Below, piece after piece: positions 61,519 to 64,000 of a DNA stretch of 64,000 nucleotides. Origin of the DNA: Strigamia acuminata. Its lineage: Eukaryota. Numbering within the stretch: position 1 is the first letter of the stretch; each line of letters opens with the position of its first letter. The notes below the pieces were generated by a model, which made no database searches, was not told the DNA's origin, and was given only the letters and a program-made list of their open reading frames with translations. The stretch is taken from NCBI GenBank assembly GCA_949358305.1, contig OX442314.1, forward strand, positions 6,882,001-6,946,000. The letters are read 5' to 3'. The translations under genes and the position numbers were made by a program.

Positions 61519-62044
61519 AGCAAACTAAGTCAACCAAAAAAGAGCCAAACAAAACGTAACACTTTCTTTCTCTTCGTGTATTATTTCCTATTGATTCGTT
61601 CTTCTGTGCGCTGATTGGATGACAGCAATCAGATGTCATGCATTGCTTGCCAACTAAGCATGTTTTTTACCTGTTGTTATCCCAGAATACAGTGCAACTA
61701 AATATTATGTGGCGCCATCGATGGGCACAATGCACTGAACTTGCAAATACATGTCCATGTTATCGTTGGTGCATGCTGCAAATGAGACATTAGTTGCTGA
61801 AAACGATCGTTTTTCTAGCAAAAAACGACAAAAATGGAGTTTTCCTAATATTAAATACATGACACACATATAATTATTATCCACTACTGAACTCGTGTTC
61901 TTTATTTTTGCTGACGTTGAAAAATCCACTAACTGAAATGGAATCAGAACTTAAATTTAAGTCCTGGTCATAAATATTTGAAAATTATACTGTATGAGCA
62001 CTTGCAATTTATCTTGCCTTTGTGCAAGCACACATAACCTTACT

Positions 62045-62149
62045 TAATTTAAAATTAATGGCTTTTTAGATTCTTAAGCCTTTTGTTCAGTCAACCGTTA
62101 TTGGTTATAAACAACCGGAAAATTAACAAGCATCCAGGATCTCAGAAAA
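62045..62149 (+). promoter_or_regulatory. Core promoter of cluster gene 6
   Basis: Conserved block; TATAAA at 62106. Confidence 0.6.
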
Positions 62150-63834
62150 ATGAAGTGTATAATCATCCTGCTCAGTCTGGTTTCTGTTGGTAAGTTAAAA
62201 AAAATACTTTTTTGGCTCAAAAATCATTTTCAGGCCAAAAAAACATTTTTAGGCCAAAAAAAACATTTTTAGGCCAAAAAAACATTTTTAGGCCAAAAAA
62301 ACATTTTTAGGCCAAAAAAACATTTTTAGGCCAAAAAAACATTTTTAGGCTAAAAAAAACAATTTTAGGCCAAAATAATTCATTTTAAAGGTCAAGTGCA
62401 CTGAGTGGGTTTTTTGTATTTTCTAAAAGAGCATAATAAAAGATAATTTTTCATGTTAAAAAAATTTTTTTTTGTAAAATTATTATTAAATTACGACAAT
62501 TTGAAAATTAGAATTCTTTCGTGAAATGCATGATGGTTGTAGGCTGGATGATCTACGTCATCAGTTCTGTATAACCTGCGTCATCAGTTCTGTATGGGTA
62601 TTGTTGCGCAAAAGTGTCGTCTGCACATGCGCATCAAGCCTGATGCGCACGTGCAGACGACTGTTTCCCCGACTGTTTCACGAAATTTGAATTACAATTT
62701 GCCGTAACAAATTACACCCGCGGTTTGTGATGGTTAAGAAGTGGATGTTGTGTCACAGCAACAGCAATACTAATACTATATTCAGATTTGTCTAAATCAA
62801 AACTAGTATAATCAGAAATATCTGAATGTGAATTGGAATCCGTATCCTCGGTCGAAATAATATCAAGGTCAGCCATTATGGATCCAACCTAACCTCAGAA
62901 CTAGTTCCGGATCAACTCAACTAGAGAACTGACAACGTCATACTCCCATGATGCTTTGTCTTTTCAACACCCGATATTGGGATTGTTATTAAACAATGAT
63001 AAATGCCCAAAAAAAATTTTTTTTTCACATGAAAAATAGTTTTATGTTACTTTCTTTCATAAAATACAAAAAACCCACTCAGTGCACTTGACCTTTAATT
63101 TGTTGTTTTATAAGAAAACATTCTGCTTTTGGGTTTAATTTTTTTTATCAAATTTATTTCTCCAAACAGTAAAGCCGGACTTATATTGTATACTTGGACC
63201 AGCAGGATGTGAATTTCACTGCAAATTATTAGTAAATAAAGTTGGAGTTTGTGGTAATTGGGGAGTCTGTTCTTGCGTAGGTAAGGAGTAAAAACTAAGA
63301 ATTTCTTTACAATCTGGATTATGACATACCTGACATTAACCATGTTTACATGTACCCTGATATCTGGAAAAATGAAAATGAGAATTTTACTTTTCTGGGA
63401 AACTGATTGCTTAGACGAAACAATTTCCAGAACACAATGACACTTGGTCCCGAAAATGACGTGAAATGAGCAAAAAACCCGATTTCCTGGGCTAGAATTT
63501 GATTTGTTTAGGGGCTGAGATAGATCGACAACCATTTTGCTGTGCCAGATAATCAAAATGCATTATGGGTAATTCACATGTGGCGACATAATTACCAGAA
63601 AACTAGGAACATGTAAACCGCATGGATCCGGATGGATAAGAAAAAATCCGGATTGTTAATTCACTTCTCTGAAAAACTGAGTACATGTAAACATGGTTAT
63701 TGCCACCTCAGTAAGCTGTTTATACATACATATATATATTTTAATTATTTCTTATTACTACAAAATAGACACAGTACAACCACTACCAGCGGTGGTAGTG
63801 GTTGCAGCACCACCACCACCGCCTGAAACACCAG
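62150..63834 (+). CDS. Gene 6 (3' partial): signal peptide, defensin-like domain, Pro linker
   Basis: join(62150..62189,63170..63280,63769..63834): MKCIIILLSLVSVVKPDLYCILGPAGCEFHCKLLVNKVGVCGNWGVCSCVDTVQPLPAVVVVAAPPPPPETP; continues past the window. Confidence 0.8.
62389..63094. mobile_element. Kolobok-like MITE in gene 6 intron 1
   Basis: TTAA TSD at 62385-62388 and 63095-63098; AG..CT termini; TIR aggtcaagtgcactgagtgggttttttgtatttt; absent from paralogous introns. Confidence 0.8.
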
Positions 63835-64000
63835 GTGAAGTGTAATTTTAAGATAGAAACTTGAACAAAACGATGAATTTAGTTTGCAAGACACGTTTTA
63901 TTAATATTTTATATCTTAAGATATAACTTGTTTGCCCAAAAAAATCACATTTATATTTAAAAAAATCACCTTGTTGGACCAAAAACATTCATTTTCTAGT

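Noticed and set aside
20752..63280. Calling the domains scorpion K+ channel toxins or giving a gene symbol
   Set aside because: Cys spacing is compatible but the K-C-x-N signature is absent; function cannot be assigned from the fold pattern.

Overview
AT-rich animal (probably invertebrate) genomic DNA, not prokaryotic. The backbone is a tandem cluster of six paralogous + strand genes that the ORF track mostly misses because their exons are small. Each starts with a conserved TATA promoter and a 13-15 codon signal-peptide exon, followed by phase-1 symmetric exon modules: six-cysteine CS-alpha-beta (defensin/scorpion-toxin-fold) domains, polyproline linkers, a Gly-Ala exon, a Pro/Thr/Gln octapeptide mucin-like exon and a short terminal exon. 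By-hand models give genes with 1, 4, 2 and at least 1 defensin-like domains (8 intact domains) plus two rearranged copies with no intact defensin exon. The cluster is heavily invaded by transposons: a partial Mag-like Ty3/Gypsy element, an intact BEL/Pao element, a solo LTR, a 12.9 kb Ty3/Gypsy element with a large orphan ORF, a Mutator-like element with Ulp1-like and PHD domains, many MITEs, a Helentron-like element and intronic minisatellites. Gene models are inferred from splice signals, reading-frame phase and paralogy only; there is no transcript evidence and no database search was run.
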